Assembly: GCF_002352765.1 (NCBI RefSeq)
Contig: NZ_KZ293963.1
Coordinates: 2,162,878-2,186,877 of the forward strand
From: Alteribacter populi
GTDB lineage: Bacteria > Bacillota > Bacilli > Bacillales > Salisediminibacteriaceae
Direction: 5' to 3'
Length of the DNA: 24,000 nt
Shown here: piece by piece, positions 1-8,103 of the stretch
Layout: each line of letters begins with the position of its first letter
Numbering within the stretch: the stretch's first letter is position 1
Notes under the pieces: generated by a model
Database searches by the model: none
What the model was told of the DNA's origin: nothing
Seen by the model: only the letters and a program-made list of their open reading frames with translations
Translations under genes and position numbers: made by a program

Positions 1-1136
1 GTCGAAAAATCATTTACTATATCTTCATACCGTTCAAGGCCGACCGACAATCGTAATAAGCCGTCTGTAATACCACGTGATTCTCGTTCTGACTTGTTCA
101 TCGCAGCATGAGACATTGTTGCAGGGTAAGATAAAATGGACTCAACCGCACCAAGGCTTACGGCAAAAACCGGAATCTCCACCTTCTCTACAAATACTTT
201 CACTGCTTCTTTATCTTCAAGCTCAAAAGATAAAACGGCACCATACCCTGAAGCTTGAATGGTTTGAATTGGCTTACCTGGGTGGTAGGTAAGCCCTGGA
301 TAAAACACCTGTGTTACCTCATTTCGGCTTTCGAGCCACTGAGCTAGTTTAAAAGCTGTAGCTGAAGATTGCTCTAAGCGTACTTGCAACGTTTTTAGCC
401 CTCTTAAGACAAGCCAGCAATCTTGAGCTCCTAATACAGAGCCGAGAGAGTTTTGCAAAAAGCCGATCTGTTCTGCTATTTCCTCTGATTTAACGACGAC
501 AAGACCTGCGATGACATCGCTATGTCCTGCAATAAATTTTGTTGCACTATGAATGACAATATCTGCTCCAAGCTCGAGGGGACGTTGTAACACAGGTGTT
601 AAAAACGTATTATCTACCACTGTTAAACAACCGTTCGCTTTCGCGAGCTTTGCGACGCCTTGAAGGTCGGTTACTTTTAATAAAGGATTCGATGGCGTTT
701 CGATATAAATCAGGCGCGTATTCGGCTTGATATTTACTGCGACTTGCTGCATATCGGTCATGTCAACGAAGGTGTAGTCAATTCCAAATTTATAAAGAAC
801 CTCCGTTAATAACCGATACGTACCTCCGTAGACATCATTTGTAATTAAAATATGATCACCTTTGTTTAACATCGTCAGAACTGTAGAGATCGCTGCCATG
901 CCTGACGCAAAAGCAAACCCTTTATAGCCACTTTCAAGTTCAGCTATCGTATCTTCTAACACTTCCCTTGTCGGATTCCCAGAGCGTCCATAATCGTATT
1001 TACCGAATGTATCAAACTGAAATTGATGAAAGGTTGAAGCATGCTGAACCGGAACACTAACCGCCCCCGTTTGTCTATCAGCCTTATACTTGTTGTGAAG
1101 GAGACGCGTTTGAATTGAATAGGCTTTATCACTCAT
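1..1136 (-). CDS. metC: Cystathionine beta-lyase type PLP enzyme (transsulfuration); C-terminal end cut by the window edge
   Basis: Open minus-strand frame from ATG 1136-1134 to position 1; it is absent from the ORF track because no stop is reached. My translation starts MSDKAYSIQTRLLHNKYKADRQTGAVSVPV...YDYGRSGNPTREV and near position 1 reads LLRLSVGLERYEDIVNDF. Both stretches are typical of the Cys/Met-metabolism PLP family. The ATG overlaps the metI stop (ATGAGTGA), as in the Bacillus metI-metC (yjcI-yjcJ) operon. Confidence 0.85.
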   Translation of the reverse strand, partial: MSDKAYSIQTRLLHNKYKADRQTGAVSVPVQHASTFHQFQFDTFGKYDYGRSGNPTREVLEDTIAELESGYKGFAFASGMAAISTVLTMLNKGDHILITNDVYGGTYRLLTEVLYKFGIDYTFVDMTDMQQVAVNIKPNTRLIYIETPSNPLLKVTDLQGVAKLAKANGCLTVVDNTFLTPVLQRPLELGADIVIHSATKFIAGHSDVIAGLVVVKSEEIAEQIGFLQNSLGSVLGAQDCWLVLRGLKTLQVRLEQSSATAFKLAQWLESRNEVTQVFYPGLTYHPGKPIQTIQASGYGAVLSFELEDKEAVKVFVEKVEIPVFAVSLGAVESILSYPATMSHAAMNKSERESRGITDGLLRLSVGLERYEDIVNDFS

Positions 1137-2253
1137 GAAAAACACCCGCCTTTCTTAAACTTGCAAAAGATTGCTGCAAATCACTGGTTAAATCACCGAT
1201 ATGCTCTATGCCAATAGAAAAACGTAACAGTCTGTTACAGACACCATTTGCGGTTCTGACTTCTTCAGGGATTTCTGCGTGTGTTTGAGTTGCTGGGTAA
1301 GTTATAAAACTTTCTACACCCCCCAGACTTTCTGCAAAGGTAATTAACTGTAAGCTTTGCAAAAACGGATCAATCCAAGCTTCATCCTGTAGCCTAAACG
1401 ACACCATCCCTCCTCTCCCCGGATAAAGAACATCCGTCACTTCTGGCTGGTCGTTAAGAAATGGAACAAGTGCTGTGGCATTTCTCTCGTGCTGAGCCAT
1501 TCTGAGCGCGAGGGTTTTCATCCCTCTCATTAACAGCCACGCATCAAATGGAGCTAATGTCCCACCGATACTGTTGTGAAGCATCGCTAGGTTCTCACAA
1601 AGCTCTTTACCATGGGCAACAATAAGTCCAGCTAACACATCATTATGTCCGCCAAGATATTTCGTCGCACTATGAATCACAATATCTGCCCCTTCTTGAA
1701 GAGGTTTCTGAATTAGAGGTGTATAAAAAGTGTTATCAACGATCAACAATAGCTGGTGACGTCTTGCAATGTCTGCAAGACTCGATATTGAAACTTCATT
1801 CATAAGCGGATTTGTCGGGGTTTCTATAAATAGTGCCTTTGTCTTCTCAGTGATCAGCTCCTCCCAGTCTGCAGGATTACTGCTTTCAACATAATTAAAA
1901 TTTACGCCCCAGCGCTTCCAGCCTTGTTCAAACAATCGGTATGTTCCTCCGTATAAATCTTGTGAAACGATCATTTCATCATCCTTAGAAAATAAGTACA
2001 GCACCGTTTGAATAGCTGCCATTCCTGAACTGCAAGCAAACCCTCTTTCTCCTTCTTCTAACTCAGCTATGGCACACTCAACTAATTCCCTGGTGGGGTT
2101 ACCCGTCCGAGTATAGTCAAAACCAGTCGACTGTCCGATTCCTTTGTGACGATAGGCAGTTGAAAAGTAAACTGGAGGACTGACTGTACCCGTTGTCATC
2201 TCACTTCGATTTCCCACTTGTGCTAACTTAGTTTCAGCATGTCGCACATCCAT
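1129..2253 (-). CDS. metI: Cystathionine gamma-synthase / O-acetylhomoserine thiolyase type PLP enzyme
   Basis: 374-aa ORF with FDYTRTGNPTR, SSGMAAI and HSATKYLGGHND (PLP-lysine region). It lies directly downstream of an S-box leader and overlaps metC by 8 nt. Confidence 0.9.
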   Translation of the reverse strand: MDVRHAETKLAQVGNRSEMTTGTVSPPVYFSTAYRHKGIGQSTGFDYTRTGNPTRELVECAIAELEEGERGFACSSGMAAIQTVLYLFSKDDEMIVSQDLYGGTYRLFEQGWKRWGVNFNYVESSNPADWEELITEKTKALFIETPTNPLMNEVSISSLADIARRHQLLLIVDNTFYTPLIQKPLQEGADIVIHSATKYLGGHNDVLAGLIVAHGKELCENLAMLHNSIGGTLAPFDAWLLMRGMKTLALRMAQHERNATALVPFLNDQPEVTDVLYPGRGGMVSFRLQDEAWIDPFLQSLQLITFAESLGGVESFITYPATQTHAEIPEEVRTANGVCNRLLRFSIGIEHIGDLTSDLQQSFASLRKAGVFHE

Positions 2254-2291
2254 TTAAAACCCCCATCCTTTCTTTTTAAAAATTAAAACAA

Positions 2292-2325
2292 CAAAAAACC
2301 TTCTTCAAAAATAAGAAGAAGGTTT
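2292..2325 (-). terminator. Intrinsic terminator of the S-box leader (riboswitch expression platform)
   Basis: The minus-sense RNA reads aaccttcttc-ttattttt-gaagaaggtt followed by tttttt (10-bp perfect stem 2298-2307 / 2314-2323). It sits between the SAM aptamer and the metI start. Confidence 0.85.
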
Positions 2326-2342
2326 GTATTCGAATCGCTTCC

Positions 2343-2453
2343 CCTTATCTTCCAAGCTCTTAAGAACTTGATGGAATTAGCACCTGACCTCTGTTGTGAG
2401 GCAGGTTGCTGAGACTTCGTCGGGCCATATCCCTCCGTCTCTCTAGATAAGAA
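2343..2453 (-). promoter_or_regulatory. SAM-I (S-box) riboswitch aptamer
   Basis: Minus-sense sequence: ttcttatctagagagacggagggatatggcccgacgaagtctcagcaacc...ggtgctaattcc...agataagg. This matches the conserved S-box core (CTTATC..AGAG.GG.GGAGGGA.TGGCCC.A.GAA...GCAACC...GGTGCTAATTCC...GATAAG). It precedes methionine biosynthesis genes. Confidence 0.9.
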
Positions 2454-2458
2454 TGAAA

Positions 2459-2488
2459 AAAATATGAAGTTGTTTTTCCGCTTTTCAA
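2459..2488 (-). promoter_or_regulatory. Candidate sigma-A promoter for the S-box/metIC unit
   Basis: Minus-sense TTGAAA (2488-2483), an 18-nt spacer, then TATTTT (2464-2459), just upstream of the first aptamer helix. The -10 is weak, so the call is tentative. Confidence 0.3.
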
Positions 2489-2749
2489 TTACGTTACCTT
2501 AAAATTTTCTGGATTGCAAGACTGTTTCCAATATTTTTTACTAATAAGGATCATTTTCCTACTCAAAAGCGTAAAACGTCTGAAGCCCGACATTGAAACA
2601 TCTAAAATTTGTTAATAAGTGAAAGTTCGTCCATCGATATTTCTAAAGCTTTCTATCGGTAATTTGAGAATAAAAACTTTATATTTTCGCGAAAAGGACA
2701 TTGCCACCTTTAATTCCCCGAAACAATGTCAAAAGAACTGTTACATTGA

Positions 2750-3832
2750 CTATTCACTGGGCTGCTTTGCACCAGCAACACCCGCCGACGAAAAGGTTGC
2801 CATTTCTTTTAAGATTTTCGTTGATGATTCTAGTATAGGAAATGCAAGAGCGGCTCCTGTTCCTTCTCCTAATCTTAAGTTTAAGTTTAAGATCGGCTTC
2901 ATTTGTAGCATATCTAAAGCAAGCTTATGTCCTCTTTCCTCAGATTGGTGGCCGATAATCATGTAATCCTTCACGTGAGGAGATAATTTATAGGCTAATA
3001 GTGCTGCAACTGTACTAATAAAGCCATCGATTAACACAGGCTTCCTATGAATAGCTGCCCCTAGTATCGCACCAACTTTCCCTGCAATCTCCAATCCACC
3101 TACCTTCACGAGAACGTCCAATGGATCTTCTGGATTTGGATTACGATTGAATATCGCTTGTTTAATAATCCTTTGTTTATGTATCATTTGTTCAGCAGAA
3201 ATACCCGCTCCTGCATCAACAACCTCGTGTATATCTACCTGACTAAGAGCAGCTAAAATAGCACTACTGCTCGTTGTATTCCCGATCCCCATTTCACCTA
3301 AGATAAGGTATTTTACACCGTCATCAATAAACTGTTCAGATATCTCAATTCCCGCTCCAATAGCCGTCAATGCTTCCTCTTTACTCATCGCATCTTTTTT
3401 CAAGAAATTCTCAGTTCCATTGCGTACTTTTCTTGAAATAACCCCTTCTGTTTCAATCGTACTGGCAACACCAATATCAACAATTTCGAGCTTGGCACCA
3501 ATTTGCTTTGCAAGCACATTAATCGCCGCACCGCCATGTAAAAAGTTATCCACCATTTGCGATGTCACTTCTTGTGGATAGGCTGATACTCCTTCCGATA
3601 CGATTCCATGATCGGCAGCAAATACGATAATCCCTGGTGGTGATACCTCGGGGAAACGGCTCCCGGTGATTTCTCCTAGCTGAATTACAAGCTCTTCCAG
3701 CCTCCCTAAACTCCCTTGAGGTTTTGTTAATGTATTTAAATACGATCGAATGTCGTTGCCAGCATCTTTATCTACCGGTGGAATTTCATCAATGATTTTT
3801 AACAAGATACCGTTACCTACTTTCTTTTGCAT
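2750..3832 (-). CDS. cobT: Nicotinate-nucleotide--dimethylbenzimidazole phosphoribosyltransferase
   Basis: 360-aa ORF with LTKPQGSLGRLEEL and LILGEMGIGNTT motifs characteristic of CobT. The ATG at 3832 overlaps the cobQ 3' end by 20 nt. Confidence 0.9.
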   Translation of the reverse strand: MQKKVGNGILLKIIDEIPPVDKDAGNDIRSYLNTLTKPQGSLGRLEELVIQLGEITGSRFPEVSPPGIIVFAADHGIVSEGVSAYPQEVTSQMVDNFLHGGAAINVLAKQIGAKLEIVDIGVASTIETEGVISRKVRNGTENFLKKDAMSKEEALTAIGAGIEISEQFIDDGVKYLILGEMGIGNTTSSSAILAALSQVDIHEVVDAGAGISAEQMIHKQRIIKQAIFNRNPNPEDPLDVLVKVGGLEIAGKVGAILGAAIHRKPVLIDGFISTVAALLAYKLSPHVKDYMIIGHQSEERGHKLALDMLQMKPILNLNLRLGEGTGAALAFPILESSTKILKEMATFSSAGVAGAKQPSE

Positions 3833-5318
3833 CTATTAATATGTCGTTCAGTTGTTCTAGTTTTATGTTTTCTCGTACGACATTCGCGAGTCGATCAAAC
3901 GCTTCTTCTCGTTTTTTCGTGAACGAATACCTCCCCGTTATCGGTGCTAACCCTTTCTGGGCCCTTATTTGATTAAGGAGGACCTCTCGAAATTCGTCAT
4001 TATGGAAAATTCCATGAAAATACGTTCCAATGATTTGCTGATCCTCACTTATTGTTCCGTCGCTTCTTTCAGCCATTTGAATAAAAGGTTTTCCTTCATT
4101 TATAACCTGGGATTCGCCCATATGGATTTCATAGCCTGACACGGCAATCTCAACATTTCTAAACGCGACAGTACCTTCAGACAAAACGGTTGTTTTTTCA
4201 TTTGTTATTGTAGTTTGTAGCGGAATAAGGTCTAAACCATCAGCTCGATGAACTTGAGACTCTACTGCATGCGGGTCCTCAATAACGCTCCCCATCATTT
4301 GATAGCCGCCACAAATACCAAAAAGAACGGTGTCTTTTTGTGACAATTCAAGAATGCGGTTTGCTAATCCGCTATTATGTAAAAACGTTACGTCTTTGAT
4401 CGTATTTTTACTCCCCGGCAAAATGAGAAGATCAGGTTCCCCAAGCTCTTCTGCATTCTTTACAATCCGAACATGACAGTCTGACTCTTCAAAAAAAGGA
4501 TCCACATCGGTAAAGTTTGAGATCAGCGGATACCTAAGGACCGCAATGTCGATTTCTTTAGAAGCATCGGTTGACGATGTGTATCGGCCTAAAACAACGG
4601 AATCTTCTGCTTCGATCATTAAATTGTCTATATAAGGCACGACACCTATTACTTGAACACCCGTGTACTCTTCAAACCATGTAAGGCCAGGTTGTAATAA
4701 CGAAACATCTCCTCTGAACTTATTAATGATGACGCCAACAACTCTTCTTCGATCTTCAGGCTCAAGCAGCTGTAACGTACCTACTAAACTGGCAAAAACG
4801 CCACCCTTTTCAATATCACCGACTAAAATAACTGGCGCATTCGTAATGCGAGCGACACTCATGTTTACAAGCTCTCGGTCATTTAAGTTAATTTCAGCTG
4901 GACTCCCAGCGCCTTCAATGACGATCCGGTCAAACTGGTGGGATAACCTTTCATACGACTCTTCGATGAGCTGCTTTCCTTGATCGTAAAAGCTTTTTCG
5001 ATAAACTCCTGCTTTCATATTTTTATAGGGTTTGCCGTGAACAACAATTTGCGATTCATATTCACCTGTTGGCTTGATTAAAATCGGATTCATGTCAGTA
5101 GTCGCAACAATACTAGCAGCTTCCGCTTGAACACCTTGTGCACGACCGATTTCTTTCCCATCCACAGTAATATAAGAATTCAAAGCCATGTTTTGAGATT
5201 TATAAGGGGCCGTTTTATAACCATCCTGGCTAAAAATTCGACATAACGCTGTTACAATAGCACTTTTACCAGCGTCTGAATGTGTGCCTTGTATCATTAA
5301 TGGAACCGCTTTAGTCAT
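3813..5318 (-). CDS. cobQ: Cobyric acid synthase
   Basis: N-terminal MIQGTHSDAGKS nucleotide-binding loop and a C-terminal glutamine amidotransferase region (LFGICGGYQMMG). I moved the start from the ORF-track 5378 to ATG 5318 (MTKAVPLMIQGT). That start overlaps the cbiA stop in ATGACTAA and removes a 20-aa extension lying inside cbiA. Confidence 0.9.
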   Translation of the reverse strand: MTKAVPLMIQGTHSDAGKSAIVTALCRIFSQDGYKTAPYKSQNMALNSYITVDGKEIGRAQGVQAEAASIVATTDMNPILIKPTGEYESQIVVHGKPYKNMKAGVYRKSFYDQGKQLIEESYERLSHQFDRIVIEGAGSPAEINLNDRELVNMSVARITNAPVILVGDIEKGGVFASLVGTLQLLEPEDRRRVVGVIINKFRGDVSLLQPGLTWFEEYTGVQVIGVVPYIDNLMIEAEDSVVLGRYTSSTDASKEIDIAVLRYPLISNFTDVDPFFEESDCHVRIVKNAEELGEPDLLILPGSKNTIKDVTFLHNSGLANRILELSQKDTVLFGICGGYQMMGSVIEDPHAVESQVHRADGLDLIPLQTTITNEKTTVLSEGTVAFRNVEIAVSGYEIHMGESQVINEGKPFIQMAERSDGTISEDQQIIGTYFHGIFHNDEFREVLLNQIRAQKGLAPITGRYSFTKKREEAFDRLANVVRENIKLEQLNDILIDAKESR

Positions 5319-6684
5319 GAGATTTCCACTCCATACATTTTTCAATCCAATTCTCAACAATGGCAGGGCACGAAGCAAAATGTAAATGTGTATAGCCCGC
5401 GACTAAATTCCCGCTCAGATACCCTTCCTTTTGCACGCCTCGCATACCTTTTGTTTCATAAGCATTGGTGACCTCTTGTCTTGGGTGAAAGGATGAATAA
5501 TGAAACTCGTGTCCCTTCGCATCATCACCACTTCTTAATAAGAAATTATCGGTTTCACCACTAACCTCACGATAACCAATCGCCGCTAACCTTTGTTGCA
5601 TTTGGATCACACCCGGTACGACGCCTGCCATAGAATGGATTTGACCGTCTGCCGTGATCAGTGAATCACAGATAAACATAAAACCACCACATTCCGCCAA
5701 GGTCGGCATCCCCTGGCTAATGGCTTTTTTAACTGAACTTTTGACCGTTGCTTGCTTTGCTAGCTTCTCCGCAAACTCTTCAGGAAAACCTCCTCCTAAA
5801 TAAAGGCCATCTATATAATCTGGAATCGGTTCATCATTTAACGGGGAAAAATAGACCAGCTCTGCCCCATTAGCTTCTAGCAATTCTAAGTTTTCCTGAT
5901 AATAAAAGTTAAAGGCGAGGTCTCTGGCAACGGCAATTTTCACACCTGTATTCGGTTTGTTTTTGAAAAGGGGCGACGTCTCTACGTTGAGCTTTTTTGT
6001 TTTTGCTAAGTCATACAGCTTATTCATGTCAATGGTTTGGGACACGAGCTCGCCTAATCTATCGAAAAACGGATCCAGCTCCCCTCTTTCAATAGAAGGA
6101 ATTAAACCTAAGTGTCGTTCAGGGATTTCAATCTCGGTTTCTCTACTCAAATAACCTACGACCGGAATTTGACATTCCTGTTCAACCGCTTCTTTGATTA
6201 ACTGAAAATGCCCTTCACCTCCGACTTGGTTCGCAATAATCCCAACAATGTTAACCTCATCAGATAATGCTTGAAACCCTTTAACAGTAGCTGCCGCACT
6301 ACGAGCTACCCCTGAGCAGTCAACAACTAAAATAACCGGACTTTCTGTCATGACACTAATTTCTGCCGTACTTCCCTTGTTTGACTTCGGGTCCTTACCA
6401 TCATAGAAGCCCATGACCCCTTCAATGATTGAGATATCAGCTCCATCACTCCCGCGCTGTAATATCTCTTTCATTACACTTGGTGAGAGCATCCAGCTAT
6501 CTAAATTGCGCGAACGACGCCCTGTTACGGACGTATGGTATGTAGGATCGATATAATCCGGTCCACATTTAAAACCCTGAACCGTGTAACCCTGCTTTTG
6601 AAAGGCTGACATGAGCCCAATCGTTACTGTCGTCTTGCCGGCACCACTCCCGGTCCCGGCTATGACTAATCTTCTTTCTGACAA
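5311..6684 (-). CDS. cbiA: Cobyrinic acid a,c-diamide synthase
   Basis: 457 aa. VIAGTGSGAGKTTVTIGL...GFKCGPDYIDPTYH at the N-terminus, and a C-terminal amidotransferase region (LAECGGFMF). TTG start at 6684 preceded by AGGGGGA. Confidence 0.9.
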   Translation of the reverse strand: MSERRLVIAGTGSGAGKTTVTIGLMSAFQKQGYTVQGFKCGPDYIDPTYHTSVTGRRSRNLDSWMLSPSVMKEILQRGSDGADISIIEGVMGFYDGKDPKSNKGSTAEISVMTESPVILVVDCSGVARSAAATVKGFQALSDEVNIVGIIANQVGGEGHFQLIKEAVEQECQIPVVGYLSRETEIEIPERHLGLIPSIERGELDPFFDRLGELVSQTIDMNKLYDLAKTKKLNVETSPLFKNKPNTGVKIAVARDLAFNFYYQENLELLEANGAELVYFSPLNDEPIPDYIDGLYLGGGFPEEFAEKLAKQATVKSSVKKAISQGMPTLAECGGFMFICDSLITADGQIHSMAGVVPGVIQMQQRLAAIGYREVSGETDNFLLRSGDDAKGHEFHYSSFHPRQEVTNAYETKGMRGVQKEGYLSGNLVAGYTHLHFASCPAIVENWIEKCMEWKSHD

Positions 6685-7010
6685 AATAAAATCCCCCTAT
6701 GTTTAAAGGTTCGAAGTATCATTTAAATCGACTTGTATAGATAAAGTACTGGTATATTTAAAGAATTGTTGATGACCCTGATTTATTGCCTCCAATCTAA
6801 GTACAAAAGGAGGAAAATCAAAACCAAGAAGTTCGAGGCACGGCATCTGCGAAGTCCGGAGCCTATCGAGTTAATACGTGAGGACTGGAGCAGCAACATA
6901 GCGAGCTTTCCCAGGATGGGGTGATTCCTGCGTTCGCCACAGGACGTCGCGGCACTAGCAGGAGGTCCTATTCCAGGACGGTTATGATTCCCGCATTTTT
7001 TGAACATTCC

Positions 7011-7553
7011 CTAAAACTCAATCCCTTTTACCGCTGGAATCCCCTCATCATAATAATGCTTCTCAGCCTCAATAACAGACACAAGGTCTGCTAACGTTTT
7101 TATCTCTTCTTTTGCATCTCTTCCGGTAATCACAAGGTGCACATGACGAGGTTTATTTTTTAACATGTCAATGACCTCATCTAATGGTAAGACGTCATCG
7201 ATCGGAAATTGGCTGATTGCTAAAGCATTGTTCAATTCATCAAGGATGACGACATCGTATTCCCCACCCATCACAGCTTCCTTTGCTTTTGGCCAGCCCT
7301 GCTTTAATGCTTCTCGGTGTTCCTCAGGGGTTTTGGTCCATGTAAAACCAATCCCAAGCTGAATCATATCGACACCAAGTTTTTTTAGCGCGATTTGTTC
7401 TCCGTAAGAACGTTGTGGTGATTTGATAAACTGATAGATTTTTACTGATTGTCCTCTACCTGTTGCACGTAGAGCCAGCCCTAGAGCGGAAGTTGTTTTT
7501 CCTTTGCCGTGGCCAGTATAAACGAGTGTTAATCCTTTTTGATCTTCTGTCAT
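7011..7553 (-). CDS. cobO: Cob(I)yrinic acid a,c-diamide / cob(I)alamin adenosyltransferase (CobA/CobO/BtuR type)
   Basis: LVYTGHGKGKTTSALG P-loop, VILDELN and LVITGR motifs. Start set at ATG 7553 (MTEDQKGL), preceded by GGAGGATACC. The ORF-track start at 7661 adds 36 non-homologous residues running into the riboswitch leader. Confidence 0.85.
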   Translation of the reverse strand: MTEDQKGLTLVYTGHGKGKTTSALGLALRATGRGQSVKIYQFIKSPQRSYGEQIALKKLGVDMIQLGIGFTWTKTPEEHREALKQGWPKAKEAVMGGEYDVVILDELNNALAISQFPIDDVLPLDEVIDMLKNKPRHVHLVITGRDAKEEIKTLADLVSVIEAEKHYYDEGIPAVKGIEF

Positions 7554-7664
7554 GGTATCCTCCTGTAAAAGAAATTTCTCATTTTTCAAGGCTTTAGTTA
7601 GAAGTCGCCACAGGCGGACGCTTTCACCCCTGGGCACAAGTGCGACATCAGCGTTTTTCAAACA

Positions 7665-7694
7665 TAAAAAAACATCTTCCTCATTAGAAAGACG
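7665..7694 (-). terminator. Candidate leader terminator of the cobalamin riboswitch expression platform
   Basis: Minus-sense cgtctt-tctaatgagg-aagatg followed by seven T. The 6-bp stem needs one G-U pair that exists only in the minus-sense RNA. The stem is AT-rich and weak. Confidence 0.35.
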
Positions 7695-7826
7695 CTAAAA
7701 TACTTTAAAAGATATAAAATTGCCCGTCAAAAGGAAAAAACTTAATAGGCACTTAACTTCATTGAAGGTTTCCTTTTCACATATCTTTTTCTTTAAGCAT
7801 TCTTTCCGCGAAGAATTCTTACTAAA

Positions 7827-7993
7827 CAAACAGGCAGGTTTCCTGACTTACGTTTCATCACAATGGCTAAACCCTTCCCATGCTTTATCAGCACAGTGGA
7901 TTCGACTCTCGTTCATTAGTCTTTGCTCAACGAATACAGTGGCGGGACCGTGCCGGATTCACACCGGCTTCCCTTTTACCCCTTTATAACTAT
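7827..7993 (-). promoter_or_regulatory. Cobalamin (AdoCbl, B12) riboswitch aptamer
   Basis: The minus-sense sequence contains aaaagggaagccggtgtgaatccggcacggtcccgccactgt, then ccactgtgctgataaagcatgggaaggg, then the B12 box aagtcaggaaacctgcctg (7849-7831). It lies upstream of cob genes. Confidence 0.9.
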
Positions 7994-8103
7994 ATAAATA
8001 GGCACCTGTTTGTTTTATTAAGTTTTATTTTTTATTATGAAAAGTATGTCTTCTTCAATTGTAACGTAACACTAGATGTAAGTCTTGTTTTATTTTTAAC
8101 CGG

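Noticed and set aside
2697-2748. Three mutually exclusive pairing segments just after the cobT stop: minus-sense caatgt (2748-2743), gacattg (2730-2724) and caatgtc (2703-2697), followed by cttttcgcg. This could be a terminator or attenuator.
   Set aside because: The stems are only 6-7 bp and AT-rich, the loops are 13-20 nt, and only four T follow. That is too weak to call a terminator without 3'-end data.
2619-2966. ORFs lying antisense to or inside confidently called genes or leaders: 77-292, 2619-2966, 4663-4983, 5957-6154, 7165-7362, 8399-8620, 9103-9339, 11618-11863, 12294-12566, 12585-12791, 14188-14376, 15137-15367, 15452-15760, 15881-16117, 16719-17093, 17318-17575, 17546-17767, 18021-18227, 18200-18424, 18632-18874, 19585-19794, 20353-20565, 20845-21234, 22512-22694, 23199-23387, 23254-23502, 23677-23874
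   Set aside because: These are shadow frames of well-supported genes. They have biased or low-complexity translations and no RBS, and in each case the overlapping frame carries clear family motifs.
6905-6980. Possible second cobalamin riboswitch on the plus strand (GGTGATTCC, GCCACAGG and AGCAGGAGGTCCT resemble the GGTG..AA.TCC, GCCACTG and B12-box motifs). If real it would be an AspocR-like antisense regulator of cobO.
   Set aside because: Only fragments of the consensus are present. There is no GGGAA junction, no CCCGCCACTG and no AGTCAGGAnACCTGCC box. The best local helix carries a C-A mismatch in plus sense, and no plus-strand gene or convincing terminator follows. I kept it only as part of the unexplained GC-rich island finding.
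6783-7007. 74-aa ORF in the cobO-cbiA spacer
   Set aside because: It has a low-complexity, Arg/Ser/Gly/Leu-rich composition, no RBS and no recognisable domain. It coincides with the GC-rich structured segment, so it is most likely a GC-driven open frame.
6934-7614. The exact 10-mer TCGCCACAGG is present at 6934-6943 and 7605-7614, both near CCCAGG..GGTGA-like strings
   Set aside because: In a 24-kb window, hundreds of 10-mer coincidences are expected by chance, and the flanks do not align.
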